Shown here: in pieces, positions 49,690-59,293 of the stretch
Layout: every line of letters starts with the position of its first letter
How positions within the stretch are numbered: the first letter of the stretch is position 1
Assembly (NCBI GenBank): GCA_038060895.1
Contig: JBBTCT010000002.1
Span: forward strand, 1-64,000
Direction of reading: 5' to 3'
DNA: 64,000 nucleotides
DNA from: Planctomycetota bacterium
GTDB lineage: Bacteria; Planctomycetota; MHYJ01; WSZJ01
Notes under the pieces: model-generated
What the model was told of the DNA's origin: nothing
What the model saw: only the letters and a program-made list of their open reading frames with translations
Database searches by the model: none
Made by a program: the position numbers and the translations under genes

Positions 49690-49745
49690 TAACAATGATC
49701 AAACTTTAACAATCTACTAACTGGACCTGAACTTTGTGTAAACTC
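49690..49745 (+). promoter_or_regulatory. Pho-box-like direct repeats upstream of phosphate porin
   Basis: TAACA (49707), TAACT (49718), GAACT (49729) and AAACT (49740) at 11-bp spacing in an AT-rich patch. Confidence 0.45.
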
Positions 49746-49880
49746 CGCGCCGACGTGGGGTCGATACAGGAAAAGGACGGTATGGGGAAGAGAGACTCCG
49801 TTCCAATCCCGGGGTCTCTGCGCGGCATCGGCCGCACGCCGTCCTTTCGGACAAGCGGATTGGTTTTTCGGGAGGAGTCC

Positions 49881-51212
49881 ATGCGACTTCTGACCTGGCC
49901 TGCCGCGGCGCTAGCTGTTCTGCTCGCCGCCTCACAGGCCCCCGCCCAGACGGGCAGTCTCGAGGACCGCGTCAAAGCGCTCGAGATGAAAGAAGAAGAG
50001 AAGGCCAAACCAGGGGGAGGCGGCGACGCGGTCGGCGCCTACTTTGACGACGGCTTTCGCTTCAAGACCGATAACGGTTCCTTCGAGGGCCGGATCGGGG
50101 CGTACGCGATCGTGCATTACACGAGTTTCCCCCGATTTAATGAGGGGGACGGGTACACGGAGAACTTCTCGATTCGTGAAGCCGGGGCCGAGCTGTACGG
50201 CCGGCTGTGGGGCGCGTGGGAAGTGTACGTTCGGCCGAGAGTCATGCCGGGCGGCACGGACCTGTACTACGGCTGGGTGGAGTTCAACAAGTGGGACTGC
50301 CTCAAGGTCCGCGCGGGGCTCTTCAAGGAGCCGTATTCGCGGGAGCGGCTTGAGGACGTGAAGTGGATGGACATGCCCGAGGACTCGATTCTCAGCATCA
50401 TGACGCCGGGGCGGGACCTGGGCGTGATGATTCACGGGTCGCCGCTGGACGGCGTCGTGAACTACGCGGTCGGCGTCTTCAACGGCAACGGAGTCGGCGG
50501 TGACGAGAACAGCGACAAGGACATCGCCGCACGGGTGTCCATCCGGCCGGGTGCGAAGATGGAAAGCGACATCATCAAGCACCTGTCGATCGGCGGCAGC
50601 CTGACCTGGGGCAAGGCGGAGAGCGACAACGTGACGCCCTTCGAATTCCGTTCGCCCGGGACGGGCACGATCTGGAACGGCAACACGGGTTCGGCGGTCA
50701 TTTCCTCCTGGGAGAACAACGACACCGTGCAGCGGCTGGGAGCGGACCTGTCGTGGAACGTCGGCCCGGTGTCCTTGAAGGCAGAGATGTCCGCCTTCAA
50801 GAACAAGGTCGAGTTCAACGACTCGGATCACGAGACGTTCCGCGCGAAGGCGTGGTACGGGCAGGTCGGGTTCTGGCTGCTCGGCAGCACGCGTCTTGAC
50901 GGCCATCGGCCGGACATCAAGAAGCCGCTGTTCGGCGACAAGGGCGGATTCGGCGACGTCCAGCTGATCGGGCGCTACGCGTCGCTCCGTATGGGCGACA
51001 CGTATGAAGAGCACGCCGGCCTGGGCGGAAGCCGGAGCGTGACGGAGTGGTCGGTCGGAGTGAACTACTACCCGAACGCCTACGTCCGCGTTTCCGTGAT
51101 GTACGTGAACTACCGGTACGATCGCGAGGATTCGCGCAGACTCTTCACGGCCAACGGCCATCGCCTTGACCGGGAAGACGCCTTGATCGTCCGTGCCCAG
51201 ATCGATTTCTAG
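49881..51212 (+). CDS. Phosphate-selective porin OprO/OprP family
   Basis: Signal peptide, 'G.FKEPYS.E.L', 'RDLGV', 'GVFNGNG', 'GVNYY', C-terminal 'RAQIDF'; GGAGG RBS. Confidence 0.85.
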   Translation: MRLLTWPAAALAVLLAASQAPAQTGSLEDRVKALEMKEEEKAKPGGGGDAVGAYFDDGFRFKTDNGSFEGRIGAYAIVHYTSFPRFNEGDGYTENFSIREAGAELYGRLWGAWEVYVRPRVMPGGTDLYYGWVEFNKWDCLKVRAGLFKEPYSRERLEDVKWMDMPEDSILSIMTPGRDLGVMIHGSPLDGVVNYAVGVFNGNGVGGDENSDKDIAARVSIRPGAKMESDIIKHLSIGGSLTWGKAESDNVTPFEFRSPGTGTIWNGNTGSAVISSWENNDTVQRLGADLSWNVGPVSLKAEMSAFKNKVEFNDSDHETFRAKAWYGQVGFWLLGSTRLDGHRPDIKKPLFGDKGGFGDVQLIGRYASLRMGDTYEEHAGLGGSRSVTEWSVGVNYYPNAYVRVSVMYVNYRYDREDSRRLFTANGHRLDREDALIVRAQIDF

Positions 51213-51227
51213 ACGGAACCTGAAATG

Positions 51228-51260
51228 AAGGGGCCGCCCTCCGGGGCGGCCTTTTTTTTT
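51228..51260 (+). terminator. Rho-independent terminator
   Basis: GGGCCGCCC-TCCG-GGGCGGCCT hairpin followed by a T run, just after the porin stop. Confidence 0.9.
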
Positions 51261-51282
51261 GGGATTTGCGGGACCCGGGGAC

Positions 51283-51777
51283 TCATTTTCCGAGCCGGCG
51301 AAGCGCCCCGGGCGACAGAAGCAAAAGCAGGTTGCCCTTGGGCTGAGGGGTGAGCACGTCCAGTTTTACGAAAGCCATCCCGGCTTTTTTCAGCCGGATC
51401 GCGGCGGAATCCACTCCCGACACCAGGAACGACACGGCCGCTGAAAGCACCGGCTCGTGCCCCACGAGGACCGGCGCCTTCTCCTTCAGGTCTTTCAACA
51501 CTCCCAGCAACTCCGCCGCCGAGGTTCCCGGGAGAAGCTGGTCTACCTGCCGCGGGCGCGGAAGCTCCAGCACCTGCGCGAGGATCTCAGCAGTTTCAAA
51601 TGCGCGAGGAAGCGGGCTGCTCAGGACGGAGTCCAGTCCCAGATTGAGCTTCTTCAGCCCCCGGGCCGCCTGGCGCGTTTTCCGGCGACCGTCATCCGTC
51701 AGCGTCCGGGACTCCTCGGCAACTCCGGGCGAGCCGGGCTCCACTGCGATTCCATGCCGGAAGAAGCACACGTTCAC
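51283..51777 (-). CDS. sixA: Phosphohistidine phosphatase SixA family
   Basis: RHG, R.LT..G, SSPL.RA.ETA, LVGHEP. Confidence 0.92.
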   Translation of the reverse strand: MNVCFFRHGIAVEPGSPGVAEESRTLTDDGRRKTRQAARGLKKLNLGLDSVLSSPLPRAFETAEILAQVLELPRPRQVDQLLPGTSAAELLGVLKDLKEKAPVLVGHEPVLSAAVSFLVSGVDSAAIRLKKAGMAFVKLDVLTPQPKGNLLLLLSPGALRRLGK

Positions 51778-52625
51778 AGGCGCCTCCGAGACTTTCCGAG
51801 CAGGACGGTCTTAAGGCGGACCAGTTCCGCCATGGCCTCCAGGAATCGCTCGGTATCCGCCCGCATCTCTCCGGCCAACCGGCGACGAAGCGCGCCTGCG
51901 GCGATGCGTAGTTTCGGCCGGCGCTGAAGGGCGGCGGCGAGGCGGTCGATCTGGTAGCGGTCGTGCCAGCCGCCGGCGGAGTCCTGCAGGCGCATGAAGA
52001 CATCGCGCAGGGCCTCCGCGTCAAATTCGGTGTACGCGGGGGCGATGGACTCCTGCTGGTACCTGAGGTTGCGGATTTCGCGCCTGAGCTCGTGCGCCTC
52101 CCGGGGGTCCGCCATCGGGGCCGCGCGCCGCGGAAGCCGCAGGATGGCACGAAGCGTTCGGTCGAGAGCGCCCGGTCCGGGAGGCTCCGCGTCCCCGCGG
52201 GCTTCCGAAAGAGCCTTCGACAGCGCGGCCTTCACGCGCTTCACACGCCCCGCCGTCAGCCATTCCGCCAGTTTCTTCCGTCGCGACTTTGACTCCCGGC
52301 GCAGTTCTTTCGTGAGCGCCTGGCGTGCCGGCGATTCCTCGTCCGTGCCGCCGGCGAGGAAGGCCGCCGCAACATCCGCGTTCCTCACGCGGCCGAGACG
52401 GCGGACGCACTTTTCAAGCCGGCCGCGCAGCTTCTCGCGCGGCTTGCCGGTCTCGAGCCAGATCTCCGAAGCGGCGGCCAGTCGCCTCGCGGCAACCCGG
52501 GCGTCGTGAATCGCTTCGACATCGGCCGGATCCTTGCGGATCTTCCGCAGTTCCTCCAGCAGCCGGGCCGCGGCCGGCGCCAGCGCCGCACGAGGACTCG
52601 GAGGAATCCGGGGTGTCGCGCTCAT
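51774..52625 (-). CDS. CHAD domain (polyphosphate-binding) protein
   Basis: IHDARVAARRL, LGRVRNADV, HELRREIRNLRY, LQDSAG.WHD. Confidence 0.9.
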   Translation of the reverse strand: MSATPRIPPSPRAALAPAAARLLEELRKIRKDPADVEAIHDARVAARRLAAASEIWLETGKPREKLRGRLEKCVRRLGRVRNADVAAAFLAGGTDEESPARQALTKELRRESKSRRKKLAEWLTAGRVKRVKAALSKALSEARGDAEPPGPGALDRTLRAILRLPRRAAPMADPREAHELRREIRNLRYQQESIAPAYTEFDAEALRDVFMRLQDSAGGWHDRYQIDRLAAALQRRPKLRIAAGALRRRLAGEMRADTERFLEAMAELVRLKTVLLGKSRRRL

Positions 52626-52643
52626 CGCTGGCTCACCCGCGCC

Positions 52644-54155
52644 TCATCGCTCTTCCCGCTTCGCCACCCGCAGCTTCAGGTCGCGGCCGAAGGCCTTGCG
52701 GAAGAGATCGGCCCGCCGTGCGGCGGTGTAGACCTCCAGTTCGGGATCGGAGGTCGCCCGGATCTCGAGCGTGACGTCTCCTCCCTCGGGAATCAGCCGG
52801 ATGTCGTCAATGAGCGCCGCATGGCTCCTGTCGAGGCCATCAGCCACCCGCAGAATGGCGCTCAGCAGATCGACGCGCCGGCGCTGCCCCTTTCCGAGCC
52901 TGGAATAACCCTCGTGGTCGGGGCGGGGAAGCGATCCCCGGTGGTAGCGCGCGACGAGCGCGATCAGGAGGCGGTCTTCATCGGAGAATCCCTCGATCGC
53001 GCCGTTCATGATCAGGTAATAGGCGTGCTTGTGGTGTTTCTCGGCGCTGATCCAGTACCCGGCGTCATGCAGCAGCGAAGCGTATTCGAGGATCTCGCGG
53101 TCGCCGGGGCTGAGGCGGTGAAGCGGCGCGAGGTCGTCGAACATGCGGAGCGAGAGGCGGGTCGTGTGGGTTGCGTGGAGGTCGAGCGCGCCGAGTCGGC
53201 GGGCGAGGACGTGGACGCTTCGGCGGCGGGGGTCGGCGATTTCGTCCTCGCGGATCGAGAGCCGTGCGGAATTGCGCGCCGCGTAGTCGGCGACGACGCC
53301 CTCGCGGAGCGCGCGGTCGCACGGAATGAGTTCCTCGAGGTCTGCCTCTTCCATGAAGACGCGGACGACCAGCGATCCGGGGCCGATCGTGTCGGCCCGC
53401 GCTTCTCCCACGGGGCCGAGCCCTGCCAGTTCCTTGCGCGGCGAGGCGAGCAGGCGGTGAGACAGGTCTTCGAGCGGCTCGCGACGGATGGTCTCTCCCT
53501 CGCCACGCACGCCGAGGAGCTTGGCGAGGGTCAGGATTGTCCCGCTGGTACCGAACACGGACGTCGGCGCGCGGCGCTTCACGTCCCTGGCGACCGGCTT
53601 GAGTTCCCCGCGGACGTGGTCTTCCATGTCTCCGCGGTCCTTCGGCCGCGGAAATTTTTCCGCGAGCCGCAGCACGCCGAGTTTCAGGCTCTTCACGAAC
53701 GCAGGTTTTTCCCCCTCCCCGACGATCACTTCCGCGCTTCCGCCGCCAATGTCGATGACGCCGATCCGGCCGGAATCCGGCGGCAGCCCTTCGCGCACGC
53801 CGGCATAAATCAGCCGCCCCTCTTCCTCTCCCGACACGACTCGCACCGCAAGCCGCGCCTCTTTCTCGACCCGTTTCACGAACTCCCCGCGGTTCCGCGC
53901 GTCCCGGACCGCTGACGTCGCCACCGCCAGCACCGCTTCCACCCCCTGCGCTTCGGCGATCGCGCGAAATCGCCGCAGGACCGCGATGGCGCGATCCATG
54001 TCGGCGACGGGGATCGATCCGCTGCGAAAGGTCGCGCGGCCGAGCTGGAGCATTTCCTTCGAGCGGTCCAGCACTTCGCGGATGCCGGGCGCGAAGAGCC
54101 GCGAGACGACGAGGTGGACGCTGTTGGCGCCGATGTCGATGGCAGCGACTTTCAT
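52644..54155 (-). CDS. ppx: Exopolyphosphatase Ppx/GppA
   Basis: AAIDIGANS, ATSAVRDA.N, DIGGGSAE, LREG, C-terminal HD domain (LLHDAG...HHKH). Confidence 0.95.
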   Translation of the reverse strand: MKVAAIDIGANSVHLVVSRLFAPGIREVLDRSKEMLQLGRATFRSGSIPVADMDRAIAVLRRFRAIAEAQGVEAVLAVATSAVRDARNRGEFVKRVEKEARLAVRVVSGEEEGRLIYAGVREGLPPDSGRIGVIDIGGGSAEVIVGEGEKPAFVKSLKLGVLRLAEKFPRPKDRGDMEDHVRGELKPVARDVKRRAPTSVFGTSGTILTLAKLLGVRGEGETIRREPLEDLSHRLLASPRKELAGLGPVGEARADTIGPGSLVVRVFMEEADLEELIPCDRALREGVVADYAARNSARLSIREDEIADPRRRSVHVLARRLGALDLHATHTTRLSLRMFDDLAPLHRLSPGDREILEYASLLHDAGYWISAEKHHKHAYYLIMNGAIEGFSDEDRLLIALVARYHRGSLPRPDHEGYSRLGKGQRRRVDLLSAILRVADGLDRSHAALIDDIRLIPEGGDVTLEIRATSDPELEVYTAARRADLFRKAFGRDLKLRVAKREER

Positions 54156-54255
54156 GGGGGTGGAGAGGGTATCCGGGGAGTGTTGGGGTTGGGTAAAGAA
54201 CAGGGAAAGTCGGGGCGAAGAGCGCACATTCTAGGAAGGGACTGCCCGAAACCGG

Positions 54256-54399
54256 CAACTACAAGACCGCGAACTTTCAAGCAAAGTGAGAACTACAAGA
54301 CGACGACTTCAAGGCGACAGGAAAGGGTGCTGCTCGCTGTTGTGCTTGTAGTTATCCGTTTGAAATTGCCGCTTGCTTGAGAGTTGAAAGTTGAAGTTG
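54256..54399. repeat. Family D AT-rich inverted repeat element
   Basis: ACTTTCAAGCAAAGTGAGAACTACAAG...CTTGTAGTT...GCTTGAGAGTTGAAAGTTGAAGTT. Confidence 0.75.
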
Positions 54400-54469
54400 T
54401 CGGTTCCATGGAGGGGGTCGCGCCGCCCGCCCAGTCCTTCCTCGCACACCGCCGCAATCGCCCCCCGTC

Positions 54470-55693
54470 CTATCTCCAGCCATACCCCCATATCGACGCC
54501 GGCGCCACGCGCTCCGCCGGCGTCTCCCCCGCGAGCCGCAGCAGATGCGCCATCGGCGCTTCCCCGAGGTCGTCCGGACGGGCGTTGTACTGCGTGCCGC
54601 CCCAGCGCGTCCCTGCCGCGATCATCTCGAACTCGACGAAGCGTTCTTTTGCGAAATCCCACGTCGCGGTCCCGAGAATCCGCGCGTCGAACCCGCGCTT
54701 CTGGTCGTTCGCGGTCGGGTCGAAGCCGTTTACGCGCCACTTGCCGACGGCGGTCGCTTTCGTTTTCCCGGCGAAGCGAATCCGCGCGCGGCCATCCTTC
54801 ACTTCGTCCACGATTGCCGCCATTTCCGCCGTCGCGATCTCCGCTTCCTGCCACGGGTAGGTCTGGCCGCGGACGTTGTCGACGAAATGAAAACGTGCGA
54901 GGCGGAGGACGAGGTCGCGGGGGACGTCGTAAAGCGCGCCCTCCTCGATCGACTCCGGGAGAAAGCGGCGCGCTTCCTCCCTGCGGAACCACGCATAGTC
55001 CAGGTTCCACGCGTCGCGAACGGGTTCGTTGCGGGGGAGGTCCCGGGACCAGTCCTTGAGCACGAGCCCGTCGGCCGGATAGAGGCGTTCCCAGCGAGTG
55101 CGTCCGCCGGGATCGGCAGCCAGCGCTTCTTTGCTGAGCCGCTCTTCAGGCTTGAGTTCTTTCCACCGCGTCAGCGCCTTCTCCATCATTCCGGACATTG
55201 CCCCTGCGTTCGTGGTGTTGATCGACGCGAGGAGCACGCCATTGGGGGCGCAGGCGTAGATTCCCTGCCGCGTGCTCGTCGGTTTCGTGCGTCCCGCGTA
55301 GTGCCCCTGCTCGGCGACCTTCCGGAACAGGTCGGCCTCGGGTCCTTTGACCATTTGCAGGTGACCAACCTCGTCCGCACACGCCACGAACTCCTTCGCC
55401 AGCTCCTGCACTCTCGCATCGCCCCAGACGGACCGCCGGGCGGCAACGCCGTTGTTTCAGGTGCAGGCGAGCGGGTGGCCGTTCATCGCCCAGAGTAGCA
55501 CGGGCTTGTCCGCTTTCTGCGCCTCGACGACAGCGTCCCAGAACGAGGCCCGCCAGTCGACCGCCGTCCAGCGGAGCTCGTCGGGCGCCGGCAGGACGTG
55601 GTCGCGGATCTTCGCAAAGGTCTCGTCGGTGAGTTCCTGCGCCCCGAGCGGCGCGGCAAGCAGCAGGGTCAGGGCGATGGATGCGCGGCGCAT
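54470..55693 (-). CDS. Secreted thioredoxin-fold selenoprotein, CxU motif (SelN-like)
   Basis: ORFs 55457-55753 and 54470-55411 share a frame and are joined across one TGA (55457-55459): KPVLLWAMNGHPLACT-U-NNGVAARRSVWGDARVQELAKEFV. Signal peptide and SECIS-like hairpin present. Confidence 0.8.
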
Positions 55694-55718
55694 TTGTCCC
55701 ATGATAGCCGCCGCTCGC

Positions 55719-57599
55719 TCACTTTCCCGCTTCGAGCTGTTTCCACTCTTCATACAAGTCCTCGCTCTTCTTCTTGAGCCCCACCTTCTCCTTCTCGAGC
55801 TCGTTCAGCTTCCGACGGTTCGTCGCGATCTCCGGCTCGCATTGCTTCTTCGTCACGTCCTCGACCTGGCGCTCGAGCAGCGTGATCTCCTCCTGGATGC
55901 GCTCGATCCGCCGCCAGCGCCGCCGCGCGTCCTTGTGTTCCTCCTGCGCGACCGCCTGCGGCGGCGGAGGAGGCGGCTTCGACGGCTGCGAGGAAGCGGC
56001 GCCCGCGCGCTGCGCCCGCTTCTCCATCACGCCCGTGTAGTCCGTAGGGTAACTCACGACGTGCCCGTCCTCGATCGCGAGGATCCGGTCGCACACGCGG
56101 TCGAGGAAGTAGCGGTCGTGCGAAATCGTGATGATCGTGCCGGGGTACCCGTCGAGCGCTTCCTCCACGGCCTGGCGCGAAGGAATGTCGAGGTGGTTGG
56201 TGGGTTCGTCGAGGAAGAGCGTGTTGGGCCGGTTCAGGAGAAGCTTGGCGAGCACGACGCGCGACTTTTCGCCGCCGGAGAGCGTTCCCACGATCCGGTG
56301 CACGTCGTCGGCCGGGAAGAGGAAGAGCGCGAGCCAGGACTGCATCTGGCCGCGGGTCATGGTGAGGTCGACGGACCAGATCTCGTCCATGACCGACTTC
56401 GAGAGGTTCAACTCGCCCAGGTTCTGGTCGTAGTAGCCCGGCTCGACGGAAGCGCCCAGGATCGCTTCGCCGCTGTCCGGCTTCTCGCGCCCCAGCAGGA
56501 TCTTGAAGAGCGTCGTCTTGCCGGACCCATTGGGCCCGATGAGGCCGACGCGCTCGCCGCGTTCGATCGTGAAGGAGACATCGCTGAAGAGTTTGTGGTC
56601 GCCGTAGGCCTTCGAGACCCGCTTGGTGACGATGGCCGACATCGCGCTCTTGTGCACCGGCCCGAACCGGACGCGCAGCGCATGCGCGGGTCCGCCGGGG
56701 CGGTCGAGCCGCTCGAGCCTCTCGAGTCGCCGCTTGCGCCCCTTCGCCTGCCGCGCGCGCTGGCCGGCGCCGAAGCGACGGATGTACTCCTCGGTCTTTG
56801 CGATGTGGTCCTGCTGCTTCGCGAACGCGACGCGCGCCGCCTCGGCGCGCTCTTCCTTGAGCTCGACGAAATCGCTGTAGCTCCCGACGTACGCCGCGCA
56901 CTTCCCGTTCTCGACCTCGACGGTGTGCGTGGTGACGCGGTCGAGGAAGTACCGGTCGTGCGAGACGACGATGACGGCGCCCGGGAATCCGTTCAGGTAG
57001 TCCTCGAGCCACTCGATCCCGACGATGTCGATGTGGTTCGTGGGCTCGTCGAGAAGCAGGAGGCTCGGCTTCACCAGCAGTTCGCGCGCCAGCGCCGCGC
57101 GGCTCCGCTCGCCGCCGCTCATCGTCGCGACGCTCTTGTGCAGGTCGTCGTCGTCGAACCCGAGCCCGTGCGCCACGACCTTGAGCTCCGTCTCGTACTC
57201 GTACCCGCCGCCCGACTCGTACTCGTGCTGCAGGTTTCCCCACTCTTCCAGCAGCTCCGGCGTCGACGCCGACTCCATCTCGTGCGCCACCCGCTCCATC
57301 TCGCTGTGCAGCCGCAGCAGATTCTCGAACGGCTCCAGCAGCGCTTCCTCCAGCGTCGCCGCCCCGCCGAGCTGGTCCGTCTGCCGCACGTAACCGAGCC
57401 GCGAGCCCCGCGCGAGCTGGATGTCGCCCCAGTCGGCTTCGATTTCCCGGGCGAGGATTTTCAGAAGCGTCGTCTTCCCCGCGCCGTTAGCGCCGACGAG
57501 GCCGACACGCTGGCCCGCGTCGACCTGGAAGTCGACGTTGTCGAGGACCACCTTTCCGGGGTAGGCCTTGGTGACTCCGTTGAGGACGGCTACGGGCAT
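55719..57599 (-). CDS. ABC-F family ATPase
   Basis: Two ABC cassettes (GANGAGKTT/MSGGE/LDEPTNH and GPNGSGKTT/LSGGE), no TM segments, C-terminal coiled coil. Confidence 0.96.
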   Translation of the reverse strand: MPVAVLNGVTKAYPGKVVLDNVDFQVDAGQRVGLVGANGAGKTTLLKILAREIEADWGDIQLARGSRLGYVRQTDQLGGAATLEEALLEPFENLLRLHSEMERVAHEMESASTPELLEEWGNLQHEYESGGGYEYETELKVVAHGLGFDDDDLHKSVATMSGGERSRAALARELLVKPSLLLLDEPTNHIDIVGIEWLEDYLNGFPGAVIVVSHDRYFLDRVTTHTVEVENGKCAAYVGSYSDFVELKEERAEAARVAFAKQQDHIAKTEEYIRRFGAGQRARQAKGRKRRLERLERLDRPGGPAHALRVRFGPVHKSAMSAIVTKRVSKAYGDHKLFSDVSFTIERGERVGLIGPNGSGKTTLFKILLGREKPDSGEAILGASVEPGYYDQNLGELNLSKSVMDEIWSVDLTMTRGQMQSWLALFLFPADDVHRIVGTLSGGEKSRVVLAKLLLNRPNTLFLDEPTNHLDIPSRQAVEEALDGYPGTIITISHDRYFLDRVCDRILAIEDGHVVSYPTDYTGVMEKRAQRAGAASSQPSKPPPPPPQAVAQEEHKDARRRWRRIERIQEEITLLERQVEDVTKKQCEPEIATNRRKLNELEKEKVGLKKKSEDLYEEWKQLEAGK

Positions 57600-57709
57600 G
57601 GGGGGCGGATTATAGTGCGGGGAGAGGTTGACGGGGGGTTGTGGACGGTAAAGGCCAGGACAAATGCAAAATCCCAACTCAAACTCCAAATTCCAAGGGG
57701 TCATCGCCC

Positions 57710-58141
57710 ATGACGGATGTCCGCGTAAATCTGGAGCACGAGTTGCCGCAAAGCGGGCAGGACCAAATCTGGAAGGGCCTGCGCGAGTTCACGGAGTCGA
57801 TCGCGGGGCCGAAGAACAACCAACCCCTTCATGTCGTCGCTCGCGCACCCGACGGCGCCATTCTCGGCGGCCTCATCGGTGCTTCCGCCTGGGGATGGCT
57901 CTTCATCGACGGCCTCTGGGTCGAGGCGCCGCATCGCAACGCGGGCCTCGGCAGTCGACTCATGGCGCTCGCAGAAGAAGAAGGGCGGAAGCGCGGCTGT
58001 TACGGTGCGATGCTGGAGACGTTCAGCTTCGAAGCGCGGCCGTTCTACGAGAAACTCGGGTACCAGGTGCACTCCGTGCTCCAGAATCAGCCGCCGGGTC
58101 ACCAGCGCCTCGGGCTCCACAAGGTCTTTCCAGGAACCTGA
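57710..58141 (+). CDS. GNAT acetyltransferase
   Basis: LWV...RNAGLGSRLM..AE, TFSFEARPFYEKLGY. Confidence 0.92.
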   Translation: MTDVRVNLEHELPQSGQDQIWKGLREFTESIAGPKNNQPLHVVARAPDGAILGGLIGASAWGWLFIDGLWVEAPHRNAGLGSRLMALAEEEGRKRGCYGAMLETFSFEARPFYEKLGYQVHSVLQNQPPGHQRLGLHKVFPGT

Positions 58142-58171
58142 TCTGCCTGGTATTTCCGAAGGAGTTCTTCC

Positions 58172-58636
58172 ATGCCGCTCGCCCTCTCCTCACCCGCCTT
58201 CAAGTCCGGCGGCGAAATCCCCGCGAAGCACACCAGCGAGGACAAAAGCCTCCCGCCCCTGCTGGATTTCCGCGGCGCGCCCCCGGGGACCGCTTCGCTC
58301 GTGCTGACCGTGACCGATCAATCCGCGGCCAGAGGCGAGCCGGTCGCCCATTGGATTGTCTACGACATCCCCGCAACAGCCGGCGGCATCGGCCCCAGCG
58401 GCCTCCCGCCGCCGGGCTCTTCCGAGGGCCTGAACGACTTCGGCAAGACGTGCTACACCGGCCCGATGCCGACCGAGACCGAGCACCGCTACCAGTTCAA
58501 GCTCTACGCCCTCGACATCGCGCTCAAGGGCCTCCGCCAGCCGCCGCTCGCGCAGGTCGAAGCGGCGATGAAAGGCCACGTGCTTGCTCACGCGCTGCTG
58601 ATCGGGACGTACACGAAGAAGCGTAAGCTGCTCTGA
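58172..58636 (+). CDS. YbhB/YbcL (PEBP) family protein, divergent copy
   Basis: LSSPAF..G..IP, HWIVYDIP, GLNDFG, HRYQFKLYALD; lacks DPD. Confidence 0.9.
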   Translation: MPLALSSPAFKSGGEIPAKHTSEDKSLPPLLDFRGAPPGTASLVLTVTDQSAARGEPVAHWIVYDIPATAGGIGPSGLPPPGSSEGLNDFGKTCYTGPMPTETEHRYQFKLYALDIALKGLRQPPLAQVEAAMKGHVLAHALLIGTYTKKRKLL

Positions 58637-58698
58637 CGTAGAGCCATGGCGTGGGAGGTCTGCTCGGCCCGCTGACGCTCCTTGGTAGGATCCAGGTC

Positions 58699-59223
58699 AT
58701 GGCGCGTTTCCTGCTCGTCGCCGTGATCCTCGTCGCTTGTGCGGCCCTGCTGGCTGCGGCGCTCCTGGGTCGCAGGAAACCTGTCGTGTCACTTACGCAG
58801 CCGGCTCCAGTCTCGCTGGTCGAGAAGGAAAGCGCGCCGCGACCCCTTCCGCCGGATCCGCCTGCAGCGGAGACGTCGAGAGGGACTCCGGTTTCACAGG
58901 AGCAGGCTCCCGCGGATCCTTTCTCCGACTACCTCGCGGTCCGCGACCGGACCCTGCGCCGCTGGCGCGACACCCGCGTGGACATGCGATCCGGGACGCT
59001 CGCGGAGATACTGGCGGACCTGGCGTCGAGATTTCGCCTGGAGGCCCGGGCGCAGGAAGCGATTGCCGCGGACCCCGAACGCTGGCAGAGCGGCGCATGC
59101 TTCGATTTCCAGGACGGAACCATGGAGGCCGCCGCGCTTCTGCAGGTGCTGAACGATCGCGTCCCGGTCACTCTCTCCTGTCGCTTCGGGAAACTCTGGG
59201 CGCGCCTGACTCCTGATCATTAG
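58699..59223 (+). CDS. Hypothetical membrane-anchored protein
   Basis: N-terminal hydrophobic segment and Pro-rich linker; TAGGAT 7 nt before ATG. Confidence 0.6.
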   Translation: MARFLLVAVILVACAALLAAALLGRRKPVVSLTQPAPVSLVEKESAPRPLPPDPPAAETSRGTPVSQEQAPADPFSDYLAVRDRTLRRWRDTRVDMRSGTLAEILADLASRFRLEARAQEAIAADPERWQSGACFDFQDGTMEAAALLQVLNDRVPVTLSCRFGKLWARLTPDH

Positions 59224-59293
59224 CGAGTTCCCCTGCAGGCCCCCCTCGCCTCTTCAAGCGTAAGATGGCAGCGTCCCCCTCAGGAGCCCCCGC

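Noticed and set aside
49580-49690. tRNA-Sec or riboswitch upstream of selD
   Set aside because: Only weak pairing (CACGGGAGG/CCTCCTGGTG); no cloverleaf, UCA anticodon arm or known aptamer consensus was recognised.
58139-58174. GNAT TGA stop is in frame with the downstream YbhB gene (possible Sec read-through)
   Set aside because: Both domains are complete, the position is not Cys-equivalent, and the downstream gene has its own AAGGAG RBS.
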